IMG/VR virus record: IMGVR_UViG_3300020570_000012
Coordinates: 1-61,094 of that record
DNA: 61,094 nt
Strand: one strand, 5' to 3'
Origin: a virus
Taxonomy: Duplodnaviria > Caudoviricetes
Every line of letters begins with the position of its first letter. The stretch's first letter is position 1. The notes beneath the pieces were generated by a model. It was not told where the DNA came from. It searched no databases and saw only the letters and a list, made by a program, of their open reading frames with translations. This document shows positions 46,773 to 55,406 of this stretch, piece by piece. The position numbers and the translations under genes were made by a program.

Positions 46773-47086
46773 TGAGGAAGATTAGAGATAAAGGATTGAA
46801 GATCAGAAGGCATAGCATCGGCAGGAACTTCTACAGCACGATGCCGAATAATATCTGCAAGTGCTTTCTTATGTTCGGGCGATGCTTTGATATATTCAAA
46901 CTGCATATTTTGTAGTTCTTGAACAGCACCAGTTCGGAAGGACTTTGATTGCTCAAAGGTATTCCTACGAACATTCTCAAACTTAGGAGCAAAGAATGAC
47001 GTAAAGATCAGTTCGTGATAAGCAATACCCCAAGTCAGAGCACCCAATCCAACGACACCACCGACAATAGCAAGAATAGGTTTCAT
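46769..47086 (-). CDS. Membrane-anchored protein
   Basis: N-terminal TM; FAPKFENVRRNTFEQSKSF; overlaps the lipoprotein start. Confidence 0.72.
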   Translation of the reverse strand: MKPILAIVGGVVGLGALTWGIAYHELIFTSFFAPKFENVRRNTFEQSKSFRTGAVQELQNMQFEYIKASPEHKKALADIIRHRAVEVPADAMPSDLQSFISNLPQ

Positions 47087-47088
47087 AA

Positions 47089-47280
47089 TCAGTTGTAAGT
47101 GCAGAGTTGTGTCATTCTACCATACTGGATACCTTCAGACCATTTGCCACCAGCACTGATACAATCTTGTTTGGAAGGAAGAATGGAGTTTCCTGTGGCA
47201 ATACTAAACAAAGCAGCACATCCAATACCAGCAATAGCAACAACAATCATCAGTTCAACAAGAGTGAATCCGTTTTTCAT
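47089..47280 (-). CDS. Prepilin-type N-terminal cleavage/methylation domain protein
   Basis: MKNG-FTLVELMIVVAIAGI class III signal peptide; 63 aa. Confidence 0.8.
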   Translation of the reverse strand: MKNGFTLVELMIVVAIAGIGCAALFSIATGNSILPSKQDCISAGGKWSEGIQYGRMTQLCTYN

Positions 47281-47465
47281 TTTGAAGAAACGTTAGATTT
47301 GAAAATAAGATTGGCAAGAAAAATAATGGCAAAGTTCTGCCAGAATGACAAGGTTACACCAAACCAAGACAAAATAAGTCCAAGCAACCATGCTTCAAAG
47401 AATAGTCCAGCAACGGCAAGGACAATTACACCAAAAGCAAAACCAAGAGCAGTAGAAGTTTTCAT
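47277..47465 (-). CDS. Small membrane protein
   Basis: Mostly hydrophobic; SFWQ motif. Confidence 0.7.
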   Translation of the reverse strand: MKTSTALGFAFGVIVLAVAGLFFEAWLLGLILSWFGVTLSFWQNFAIIFLANLIFKSNVSSK

Positions 47466-47468
47466 AGA

Positions 47469-47897
47469 TCAAACAGCAAGAGCACCAGAGGGAATTTCAA
47501 CGATTTCAGGAAGTTTAGAATCATCGAACTGGTGCATATTATAGCACACCCACTCACCACTACGGAAGACATAAGCATACTCTTCGCTGTTATCAGGAAG
47601 AAGATACTCACACAGGTCAGCATCAAGGCGAGGAGGGCAGTTATCGCCACGCTGAGAGTAGTATTGAGGACCATATTCTTGAACTTTCCAACCGTGTGTG
47701 GGATCAATACTAAAACGATCCTCAGTCCAAGGAGAACTCATATCACCACCATCAATCAATTCAGCGACTTTCTCTTTGGTATCGTAGTGAGTACGAAGAA
47801 TGCGACCCATCCATTCAGGATAACCATCCCAGTGGGAATATGCAGACAGAATAGAACCATCACGAAGTTCGATGCCGATGCGGGAGCGGGTTGCCAT
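47469..47897 (-). CDS. Conserved phage early protein
   Basis: MATRSRIGI...YSHWDGYPEWMG...EEYAYVF. Confidence 0.8.
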   Translation of the reverse strand: MATRSRIGIELRDGSILSAYSHWDGYPEWMGRILRTHYDTKEKVAELIDGGDMSSPWTEDRFSIDPTHGWKVQEYGPQYYSQRGDNCPPRLDADLCEYLLPDNSEEYAYVFRSGEWVCYNMHQFDDSKLPEIVEIPSGALAV

Positions 47898-47922
47898 TAG
47901 GGCGTTTGTTGATTACCCATAT

Positions 47923-47981
47923 ATTATAAGGGGTCCCCAGTGCCCTGAGAACCCCCTCTGTGCCAGTTTTTAAAGTGTCAC
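47923..47981 (-). promoter_or_regulatory. Representative early promoter: palindrome GTGACA-N10-TGGCAC, N31, TATAAT
   Basis: gtgccagtttttaaagtgtcac at 47960-47981 and attata at 47923-47928 on +; same layout at more than 12 other loci. Confidence 0.75.
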
Positions 47982-48116
47982 TCAATCCATTGTGAACTTT
48001 TTCTTAGGTGCTTTGATTACTTTTTCAGTTTTAACTTCTACCACTTCTTCAACCTTTACAGGTTCTGGTGTTTGTTCAGGTGCTGGTTCTTGAAAAAGAT
48101 CTGTAAATCTAGACAT
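47982..48116 (-). CDS. Small P/E/K-rich hypothetical protein (44 aa)
   Basis: MSRFTDLFQEPAPEQTPEPVKVEEVVEVK...; ATAAATA box upstream. Confidence 0.6.
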   Translation of the reverse strand: MSRFTDLFQEPAPEQTPEPVKVEEVVEVKTEKVIKAPKKKFTMD

Positions 48117-48148
48117 TTTTATTGGGAGTAACTAAATGTATTTATTTT

Positions 48149-48361
48149 TCAGTCTTCGTAAACTCTACATTCTGGAGCATCTGGATGAGTATCACAATAA
48201 AGTTCCAGTGGTGTAGGATCGTGAGAATCTTCTGGATGATTTTCTTTATATGCTTTAAGCGCCTCTAATTCTTCTTCCGTGTGTCTCCTTGATTGTGGAG
48301 AAATCAAAGGATCACTCAAAAGATCTTCATCCCTTTGAATATGTTGGTCGATGTTATCCAT
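48149..48361 (-). CDS. cp12: CP12 Calvin-cycle regulatory protein
   Basis: C-terminal PTPLELYCDTHPDAPECRVYED signature. Confidence 0.92.
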   Translation of the reverse strand: MDNIDQHIQRDEDLLSDPLISPQSRRHTEEELEALKAYKENHPEDSHDPTPLELYCDTHPDAPECRVYED

Positions 48362-48393
48362 TGTTTTGTATCGTGATAATAATATTTATTTTC

Positions 48394-48600
48394 TTATTCG
48401 CTTAATGAGTTACCTCGCCAGTTTTTTGGTGGCGGGGGATCACATTTTCCTTCAAGTGAGCGAACCATAAGTTCTGCAAATTTTTCCATTTTTTGAGCAG
48501 AAACTGTTTGTGGAGCATAACTAATTGCATCTTTAAGTGCAACAAGTTCATTCCACTCTTCTTCGGTAAGAATTTCTGTGCTTGTTTTAGGTAAAGTCAT
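48394..48600 (-). CDS. Small hypothetical protein
   Basis: EEWNELVALKDAISYAP..V...MEKFAELMVRSL. Confidence 0.7.
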   Translation of the reverse strand: MTLPKTSTEILTEEEWNELVALKDAISYAPQTVSAQKMEKFAELMVRSLEGKCDPPPPKNWRGNSLSE

Positions 48601-48684
48601 CAGATTTCTGCAAGGTGTCCCAATATTAGCATTTCAATACATTACTATCTAGAAACTTAATGTTTTCTTTGGGATCACGTTACA

Positions 48685-49047
48685 TTACTTAATGAAGTCA
48701 TCAAGTCTATCAAGATCATCTTTGAGATCTTTTTCGTTTTTCTGATCATGAAAGAAACTCCATAAGGCATTATGGACATCCATCAGATGATCAATCCAGA
48801 AACCAGCAGGATAAATCCCGAGTTCATCTTGCAGACCACGATGAGAACAACCTTCTTTTTCTGCCTTACACATGATGTAGCAGATTGCTTGAACCATATC
48901 AAGTTTGTCAGATTCGGAAAGCATAAAATACTTTCCTACTGCACGTTGCTTCGATTCTTCAAGATCTTTTTGAAGTTTTTTAAAATCATCGGAGTCCCAC
49001 CACTTTTGTAGAGATTTGCCAAGATCATTTTTTTTATTTTCTTCCAT
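48685..49047 (-). CDS. Hypothetical protein
   Basis: 120 aa ORF; operon context. Confidence 0.7.
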   Translation of the reverse strand: MEENKKNDLGKSLQKWWDSDDFKKLQKDLEESKQRAVGKYFMLSESDKLDMVQAICYIMCKAEKEGCSHRGLQDELGIYPAGFWIDHLMDVHNALWSFFHDQKNEKDLKDDLDRLDDFIK

Positions 49048-49050
49048 TTT

Positions 49051-50517
49051 TTAGTTTGACCGAACAATAAATTGATACATTTGAGTAAATGTGTGAGGAT
49101 TTTCTTCTTCAAATAATTCCCAATTATTTAAGTTAGTCATTGACTTATCGCTGGGAAAGTAATTTAAATATTCTTCTTTTATAAAGTTAGGCAAATTAAA
49201 TCCACAAAATTGTAAATTACATTCATCTAACAAAGAATTAATTTCTTTAATGGTGAACTGGTGTTCACATGCATGAAAACAAAGATCTCTACATGTAGAT
49301 AATCCATAAAAATCAATGGACATTGTTGTTAAATCTTCAAGTTCTTTTAGATCTCCAGAAAAAACTTTCTTTCTAAATTCTCTGATTCCTTCTGGTGTAC
49401 ATTCAATACCAAGAGTCTTTATTATTTCATGCGCTTTTCTAATTGAAGATCTTGCTATTTTACTATACAAACCTAACTTCATATATCCACCAGTATGTAA
49501 AGAGTCACACAAAGATAGTAATCCAAGTTTTGGATTTTCCATGTGATGCAAAACACCACCACATTCTATTAAATTAAATTTTTCCCCCAACTGTTTAAGA
49601 TTTAATATATCCATGTGTATAAATCTTACGTCATTCATCCCATATTCTTGTGCTTTTCTTTTAGCATAACAAAGACTGTTTTCACTAAGATCGATCGCAG
49701 TGATTTTTGCATTATAATAACTGCTTGCAGATATTACTTGCTGACCAGTTCCACACCCTGCAATTAAGATTTTAGGTTCTCGTATTAATGAAAGATTTAA
49801 ATTTAGATAATTTGTATGTATTGATGCCCTTAGGTCAACTTCCAGAGAAACTGCCGATTGTTTAGGAGTAAAATAAACATATCTCCATTTTGGATATGGA
49901 TTTTCAAGATATTGATTTCTGACCTTTTCAGATATATTATTTTGTATTACTCCAATTTTTTCTATTGTTTTTGATAGTTTTAACTCTTCTAATGGTTCTT
50001 TGAGTTGAATTTTAAATAAAGATCTTTCAAATTTTGTTCTAGGAATATGGTCTTTAATTGATGGAACTTCATCAACAAGATTGTAGAGAGGAATATAGCA
50101 AGAAATAATTGATAGTAAAGAAAGATCTTCTTTACATTTTTCTTTTAGAACTTTTAGAGCGGATAATTCTTCTTCACTCACTTCATAAACATAATCCGTC
50201 ATAAAACACTGAACTGCCAAAGATTGCAGCAGGGATGTCAGATCTTTTGAAGGATTAAAATCATTTACAGATTTTAGGCATACATTTTTACGAAAATTAG
50301 TGAGTGCTCTTTCCCAAGATAAGTCGGGAATTAGCATTAAAATCAGAGACTCTTTAAATTTTCTGTCTTTTAAAATTTTTGTACTAATATTATTGTAGTC
50401 TGTTAAATTTTCGAAAATTATTAAATACTCATCATAAAATTCAAAAAATAAATTAACAAATGAAGTATGGAAAATATCTTTTCTTTTTAATAACTCAGAG
50501 TATCTCTTATCATTCAT
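49051..50517 (-). CDS. Class I SAM-dependent methyltransferase (cyanobacterial TPR-MTase C-terminal type)
   Basis: VRNQYLENPYPKW, ILIAGCGTGQ, AIDLSENSL, IECGGVLHHM, CRDLCFHACEHQF, MYQF; probable start MNDKRY. Confidence 0.85.
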   Translation of the reverse strand: MNDKRYSELLKRKDIFHTSFVNLFFEFYDEYLIIFENLTDYNNISTKILKDRKFKESLILMLIPDLSWERALTNFRKNVCLKSVNDFNPSKDLTSLLQSLAVQCFMTDYVYEVSEEELSALKVLKEKCKEDLSLLSIISCYIPLYNLVDEVPSIKDHIPRTKFERSLFKIQLKEPLEELKLSKTIEKIGVIQNNISEKVRNQYLENPYPKWRYVYFTPKQSAVSLEVDLRASIHTNYLNLNLSLIREPKILIAGCGTGQQVISASSYYNAKITAIDLSENSLCYAKRKAQEYGMNDVRFIHMDILNLKQLGEKFNLIECGGVLHHMENPKLGLLSLCDSLHTGGYMKLGLYSKIARSSIRKAHEIIKTLGIECTPEGIREFRKKVFSGDLKELEDLTTMSIDFYGLSTCRDLCFHACEHQFTIKEINSLLDECNLQFCGFNLPNFIKEEYLNYFPSDKSMTNLNNWELFEEENPHTFTQMYQFIVRSN

Positions 50518-50740
50518 CTTTTCCAAAGATAGTTCCAAAGAATCCAGAGTCTCCTGGTCTACGATTTTCAAGTTTATCAAGAATCGCATCAGTGCTTTGC
50601 AGTGATTCAATACGACTGATAAGGTCTGCAATCACACTGCAAACCATAGGGCGTTCTTGACGAGCAGCGTATGCCAGTGCATTACGCAAAGATGCTTCTG
50701 CTTCTTTCAGGGATTCTTCAACAGATTGTGATAGTGCCAT
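50510..50740 (-). CDS. Conserved cyanophage hypothetical protein
   Basis: MALSQSVEESLKEAEASLRNALAYAARQERP. Confidence 0.75.
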   Translation of the reverse strand: MALSQSVEESLKEAEASLRNALAYAARQERPMVCSVIADLISRIESLQSTDAILDKLENRRPGDSGFFGTIFGKDE

Positions 50741-50934
50741 TAAAATTCACTCCTTCTTCTAGGTGGTTCAGGTTTTGATTTATAAAAACAATATTCAGGA
50801 AGTTCTACTTTCTGCTCTTTGAAATAAGAACAGAGTTGTTTTACATCATTTGGATATTCACTATTGTATAATGCCGAATTGATATTGTCAAGATGGCAAA
50901 AAATATTATATCCACAAATAAGTATCCCTATCAT
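50740..50934 (-). CDS. Small hypothetical protein
   Basis: ORF track; overlapping stop/start. Confidence 0.6.
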   Translation of the reverse strand: MIGILICGYNIFCHLDNINSALYNSEYPNDVKQLCSYFKEQKVELPEYCFYKSKPEPPRRRSEF

Positions 50935-51497
50935 CCTTTGATCCAGAATCCATCGTCAGTCATACTCCACCCACCTTCCATTGCCTGATCCCAAGTCATA
51001 TTATCTGGACTAACTTTTTCAGTTCTCTTTACAACTTTTTTTAGAAGATAAGAACCATCACCTTGATCCACCCATTCTACTTGATCTCCTTCTTTAAGAT
51101 TTGCTGCTTCCAAAAGATCATCAGGGAAAGATACGATATAATCTTCTAGATCATCGCTTACTTCAACAGGAAGAACCCACTTCTTCACTTTATCTTTTTT
51201 ATTTGCAACAAGATATTCAAGATCGCTATGTCCCCAAGGTGGCATAGATGGTTCATAATATTCCTTTTCGCGCATCACAGCATCATATGCCTCAATATGA
51301 CCCTTACCATTGCCATTCAGAAGGCAAAGAAGATCATAACAACGACCAGCATGATGTTTGAAGTAATGATATTCTTCATCTACAACACCTTTGATAGTAT
51401 CGTAAACTTCTTGCGGTGTTGCTTCTGCACTGGTAAGAGCATCTCTCACCCATGTTTCAAGTTTTTCAAGTGAATACTTTTTGTAGTCAAAGTCCAT
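50931..51497 (-). CDS. Protein with C-terminal AbrB/MazE-like domain
   Basis: VSFPDDLLEAANLKEGDQVEWVDQGDGSYLLKK; probable start MDFDYK. Confidence 0.65.
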   Translation of the reverse strand: MDFDYKKYSLEKLETWVRDALTSAEATPQEVYDTIKGVVDEEYHYFKHHAGRCYDLLCLLNGNGKGHIEAYDAVMREKEYYEPSMPPWGHSDLEYLVANKKDKVKKWVLPVEVSDDLEDYIVSFPDDLLEAANLKEGDQVEWVDQGDGSYLLKKVVKRTEKVSPDNMTWDQAMEGGWSMTDDGFWIKG

Positions 51498-51634
51498 TAG
51501 TAAAGTCCTTGATCGCTTCTTCAATAATAACCTGAATTTCCTTTGAAGTCAATCCATTCAACCATTTCCAATTTGGATCTTCTTTGTCCCAGTCCATTGT
51601 AAAGGATCCATCTTCATTTTGGGTTATTTTAAGA

Positions 51635-52228
51635 CTATCTTCCATTGATTCCATACTTTTCATTTAACTCATGAACTAATTTAGGGGTCATAAAATTCAT
51701 ATTAATTAAGACTCTACATTTATTTTTTGATGGAGAATGCCCAGTATGTTGCATCAATCCATCAAAAATCAGTAATCTATTTTCAACTGGTTCAACCTCA
51801 TGTAAGATAGATTTTCCTTCTCTATCAAGTAAAATTGTATTTCCGTCACTTGTGTTCAAGTAAAAAATAGCAGTCATGTGCTCATACTGAAAATCTGTAT
51901 GAAGTTCATGACGATGATTTAAAGGATTGAATACTGTCATATCTCCCCTTGCTCTAACTATTTCCATAGGTTGATTGATAATCTCCTCAACCTTTTCTTG
52001 TGCGGAAAAAACTAATGCTTTTGTTAGAGTGCTTTCATACCCACCAGTAAAATATCCATTCCAATGAAGTTTTATCGCAAATCCAAAAGATCCAAGAACT
52101 TCTTCAGATTCATCACCAGTCAAACTGCCATTAAAGGACCAGTTGCAATAATCACTGAGAAAGTGGTCTTGCAAATCTCTAAGGTAAGGTTTTGGCAACA
52201 GATCATCAATTACTTTAAAATATTTCAT
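51635..52228 (-). CDS. 2OG-Fe(II) oxygenase
   Basis: HTD...IFYLN..DG...PVENRLLIFDG...H...R..IN. Confidence 0.85.
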   Translation of the reverse strand: MKYFKVIDDLLPKPYLRDLQDHFLSDYCNWSFNGSLTGDESEEVLGSFGFAIKLHWNGYFTGGYESTLTKALVFSAQEKVEEIINQPMEIVRARGDMTVFNPLNHRHELHTDFQYEHMTAIFYLNTSDGNTILLDREGKSILHEVEPVENRLLIFDGLMQHTGHSPSKNKCRVLINMNFMTPKLVHELNEKYGINGR

Positions 52229-52823
52229 CTTCTTCAAATACATCTAATGACTGAACTTCATGTATAAAGAATGTGAATGTCATTCTTCCAGTTTCTACCG
52301 AATCCCCAAATACATCAGAAAGGGCATGAATTCTTGTTCCTTCATATGCAACTAAACGATTATATTTGTTTTCAACATTTATCATCTGATTATTTCTAGC
52401 ATCAAATACGCTAGTACCAGCATTTAAAGGAGCATCAGGACTCAAATACACAACACCAGCAGCAGCAGTATCAAAATCTTTATGAAATCTATCTTGCCAA
52501 AAATCAGGAAAAGCGTTTCGGGTTTCCTCAGTAGTGACGTGAAAATATGTTGTTATGGTAAACTCTTCTGCTGGATTTTCTGGGTCATATGGGAAAACAA
52601 AATTATCCAAGTCAAAATATTCATGGCAAATATTAAAAATATCCTTAGCATACCCATCCAAAATAGGATTATTTAATTTTCTAAGAGGTGGAGTTCTTTG
52701 ACCCCTCCAACTAGTTGGTGGAATTGCAAGACTATTATTGACTCTATACTTACCATGAGAAAGACCCATATTTCTAATTAGATTTGGATCTTCAAAGTAA
52801 TTATCTTTAATTAATATTTTCAT
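52215..52823 (-). CDS. 2OG-Fe(II) oxygenase (DUF6445-like)
   Basis: WRGQRT, HKD, AGVVYLSPDAP...GT, NKYNRLVAY...H...GRMTFTFF. Confidence 0.85.
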   Translation of the reverse strand: MKILIKDNYFEDPNLIRNMGLSHGKYRVNNSLAIPPTSWRGQRTPPLRKLNNPILDGYAKDIFNICHEYFDLDNFVFPYDPENPAEEFTITTYFHVTTEETRNAFPDFWQDRFHKDFDTAAAGVVYLSPDAPLNAGTSVFDARNNQMINVENKYNRLVAYEGTRIHALSDVFGDSVETGRMTFTFFIHEVQSLDVFEEDEIF

Positions 52824-52824
52824 G

Positions 52825-53058
52825 TCAGTTTTCTTTTGGTTTTGGTTTACTACATTCATTACAATAATATGAATAACCGTCACGAAAATATTTTACAACT
52901 TGAAAATTGTCAGAGTTTAGTAATTTCTCTTCACCACATTTATCACAAATCTTGGTCTTTTTTGATGGACTTTCTAATTTTTTTGAGTTCTTTAAGTTCA
53001 GTTTTAATATTTTTGTAAGCAGTGTCAGCATCCAATTTTCCTCCCATTTCCAGTGCAA
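52825..53058 (-). CDS. Zinc-ribbon small protein (start uncertain)
   Basis: CDKC...CNEC; overlaps the 52943 ORF. Confidence 0.5.
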   Translation of the reverse strand: MHWKWEENWMLTLLTKILKLNLKNSKKLESPSKKTKICDKCGEEKLLNSDNFQVVKYFRDGYSYYCNECSKPKPKEN

Positions 53059-53122
53059 TGATTATATCAACTCTGGTTCCAAAATGTGCAAGTGCTTTTT
53101 CGAAATCGTCTAGGTCATACAT
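52943..53122 (-). CDS. Small hypothetical protein
   Basis: FEKALAHFGTRVDIIIALEMGGK..AYKNIK. Confidence 0.7.
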   Translation of the reverse strand: MYDLDDFEKALAHFGTRVDIIIALEMGGKLDADTAYKNIKTELKELKKIRKSIKKDQDL

Positions 53123-53336
53123 CGTAATTAATTCTACAATGCTCGGCAAGAATATCTATACGAGCATCAAGAGAATTTTCCATACGATAGAGTTCATTAG
53201 TGGTTTCTACATTTTCTACTTCTAAAAGTTCAATGCGATTTTCCAACTCAATAAGTTTGGTATAAAGATCTATATGATCTTCTACAATTGGTTTTTCTGA
53301 TGGAGAAAGTAACCAGTTAATAACTTTATTAATCAT
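53115..53336 (-). CDS. Small coiled-coil protein
   Basis: LEVENVETTNELY...IDIL. Confidence 0.7.
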   Translation of the reverse strand: MINKVINWLLSPSEKPIVEDHIDLYTKLIELENRIELLEVENVETTNELYRMENSLDARIDILAEHCRINYDV

Positions 53337-53563
53337 TTTTTTAACTCACGAATTTCGGTTAGAACCCATAACATTTCATCTTGAAGTCTTTGTATACGTT
53401 CATCAAATGATTTGATCCATTCAATAATCATATAACTTTCACCAGTTTCTTCATTTTTAACTGTATAATAATAATCACCCGTATCCTCTTTTTCATAAGG
53501 ATACAGGCGTTGTTCCCAATCAGAAACTATTTTCCAAAGTAGTATTCTGATTTTTCTAATCAT
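53333..53563 (-). CDS. Small hypothetical protein
   Basis: ORF track; ATGA overlap. Confidence 0.6.
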   Translation of the reverse strand: MIRKIRILLWKIVSDWEQRLYPYEKEDTGDYYYTVKNEETGESYMIIEWIKSFDERIQRLQDEMLWVLTEIRELKK

Positions 53564-53713
53564 TATAGCACACCTACTTCTTTCAAATAGTTTCTATATC
53601 TCATAAAACGATTCCAGTTTGGTTGTCCTTGAATATCTAATTGATGACAAATTTCACAATAACATAACCACTCATACCAAGGTGTCGTAGGATCTAATAC
53701 ATGATATGGATAA

Positions 53714-53923
53714 TCAGAGTTTTCCACCTACTTCCGACTCATAAGTTTTGGATTCAGGGAAACCTTCCTGCCGTCCTTTAAGATAAAAATGTGTCGCTGA
53801 GATACACTGCTGTTCAGTGAGAGATGTGATAAGTCCGTTACCATCTTTGTCAGTTGAATACCAGAGTCCATACTTTTTTTGCTCAACGTAGAAGACATCA
53901 TCAATTAGTTTCTTTTCGGTCAT
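53714..53923 (-). CDS. Small hypothetical protein
   Basis: Ends YESEVGGKL. Confidence 0.7.
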   Translation of the reverse strand: MTEKKLIDDVFYVEQKKYGLWYSTDKDGNGLITSLTEQQCISATHFYLKGRQEGFPESKTYESEVGGKL

Positions 53924-54231
53924 TAACTTGTTTTACAGTTTCGTGAAGTTGTTTCAGTGCCTCGATGGTTTCGGGAGTTTCTTCCCATTCCCAAGAGTTT
54001 CCATTTTTATCAATAAAAGTTCTTGTCGTCATTTTTCCTCTGAGTATTTGTATCCAATAGTGTAATCTTTCTTTTTAAGATTATATCGTGCAATGTGCTT
54101 TTTCATATGATCTTCGGTTTGAAAATAGCACTTGCGGGTTTCTTTTCCCTCTTTATGAACCAACTTCCAAGGAAACTGATCAAAGGGAAAGTCTTCGGTG
54201 TAGTCCATCAGGTAGGTTTCTCAACACGTTG

Positions 54232-54260
54232 AGTATAGACGGAATCGAACAGTTCGTCAA
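54232..54260 (-). promoter_or_regulatory. Sigma70-type promoter TTGACG-N17-TATACT
   Basis: cgtcaa at 54255-54260 and agtata at 54232-54237 on +. Confidence 0.65.
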
Positions 54261-54368
54261 GTATCTCACCACACTGGTGATACTCTTTGCTGTCCAACAC
54301 CGTTTTCTCAAACTGGTAACGACGCACGGCAGTAAAGATCAGTTTATATTGTTCAGGGGTAAAGTTCA

Positions 54369-54845
54369 TCACATTTCTCCAAGTGTATGAATCACAGGTT
54401 TTTCGTGTGCAAGAATACGATATAGATCTTCGTTCTGTGCTGCTGATATTGGAATGAACTCCGTCTTATCATCAAATTCATCATCACGTATCGCTTGGTT
54501 GATTACTATTGATCCTTCTTCTCCTGACCAGGATCTATGATAAGTTCTCTGAGGAATGACCAGAGCACCAGAACTGCGATTAAGATGAACGATATGATAA
54601 GGATACCTCCACTCAGGATTTACAAGTTCAAATGTGCGAATGCCAGACAGAACACGATTGTGATCTACCTGGTGATAATGAATGTAAAACTGTTTTGCTC
54701 CTACAATATCATCAGGAGGAGAAATAGCAGGTCCTTCGTGAACTACAAGGTCAGATGCGTTCGAACCTTCTACCGAAATATCGTAGAAGATAACTGACTG
54801 AGTTTCACGGAATACTCTATGTTTTTTAAAACTTACTTCGCTCAT
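54369..54845 (-). CDS. RmlC-like cupin protein
   Basis: FYIHYHQVDHNRVLSG...LVIPQRTYHRS; resembles a picocyanobacterial cupin. Confidence 0.65.
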   Translation of the reverse strand: MSEVSFKKHRVFRETQSVIFYDISVEGSNASDLVVHEGPAISPPDDIVGAKQFYIHYHQVDHNRVLSGIRTFELVNPEWRYPYHIVHLNRSSGALVIPQRTYHRSWSGEEGSIVINQAIRDDEFDDKTEFIPISAAQNEDLYRILAHEKPVIHTLGEM

Positions 54846-55039
54846 TAGTCGTAAAGATTTTGCTCCTGATTCAATCTATCTATGTGATGATAAATCGTCT
54901 CTTGTGAGTATTGAAACTCATTAAAACGTCTTGGATTATTTTGTTGCATTTTATTTAACATATTAATCCAGTCGTAGCGTTTATCTACAACCCACCCGTA
55001 ACGGCGTTCATCGTGCATCAAATCATACATTGAGATCAT
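54845..55039 (-). CDS. Small hypothetical protein
   Basis: ORF track; chained overlap. Confidence 0.6.
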   Translation of the reverse strand: MISMYDLMHDERRYGWVVDKRYDWINMLNKMQQNNPRRFNEFQYSQETIYHHIDRLNQEQNLYD

Positions 55040-55227
55040 TTGAACCCCTTACTCTTCTTTTTGTCCAGAACTTCAATATGACTCAAAAAGTTTCCACCAC
55101 GTTGAAACCAAGTAAGTTGAACATCCTCATAATTATCAAAGATGACCTCTTTACCATCTTCAAAGATGACTTTATAATTGTGGCGATCATATGGTTTATC
55201 GCAAGTTTGTTTAAATGTCTGAGTCAT
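55036..55227 (-). CDS. Small hypothetical protein
   Basis: KPYDRHNYK...IEVLDKKKSKGF. Confidence 0.7.
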   Translation of the reverse strand: MTQTFKQTCDKPYDRHNYKVIFEDGKEVIFDNYEDVQLTWFQRGGNFLSHIEVLDKKKSKGFK

Positions 55228-55406
55228 TTTAGGTAATGAGGTTTTTCAGAATCAAATGTTGTCCACTTTGCTATTTTAAGGCACATCAGCAAAGTTTGGT
55301 GTTCACGCTTATACAGTTCCCAGTCTTGTTTGAGTTTCGCAGCATAACGACGACGATAGGCACAGCACCAAACATTATGGAATATTTTATCCTTTTCAGT
55401 CATCAT
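55224..55406 (-). CDS. Small hypothetical protein
   Basis: ORF track; chained overlap. Confidence 0.6.
   Translation of the reverse strand: MMTEKDKIFHNVWCCAYRRRYAAKLKQDWELYKREHQTLLMCLKIAKWTTFDSEKPHYLK

Noticed and set aside
33274-47981. TGGCAC as a sigma54 -24 box
   Set aside because: No TTGC at -12, it forms half of a palindrome linked to sigma70-type -10 boxes, and cyanobacteria lack sigma54
50518-50631. N-terminal extension of the methyltransferase in the ORF track
   Set aside because: Overlaps the conserved 50510-50740 gene; the ATG at 50517 is more plausible
52940-52970. A-run slippery site possibly fusing the 52943 ORF to the zinc-ribbon ORF
   Set aside because: The fusion needs a +1 shift, while the A AAA AAG heptamer is framed for -1 in the other ORF; no supporting structure
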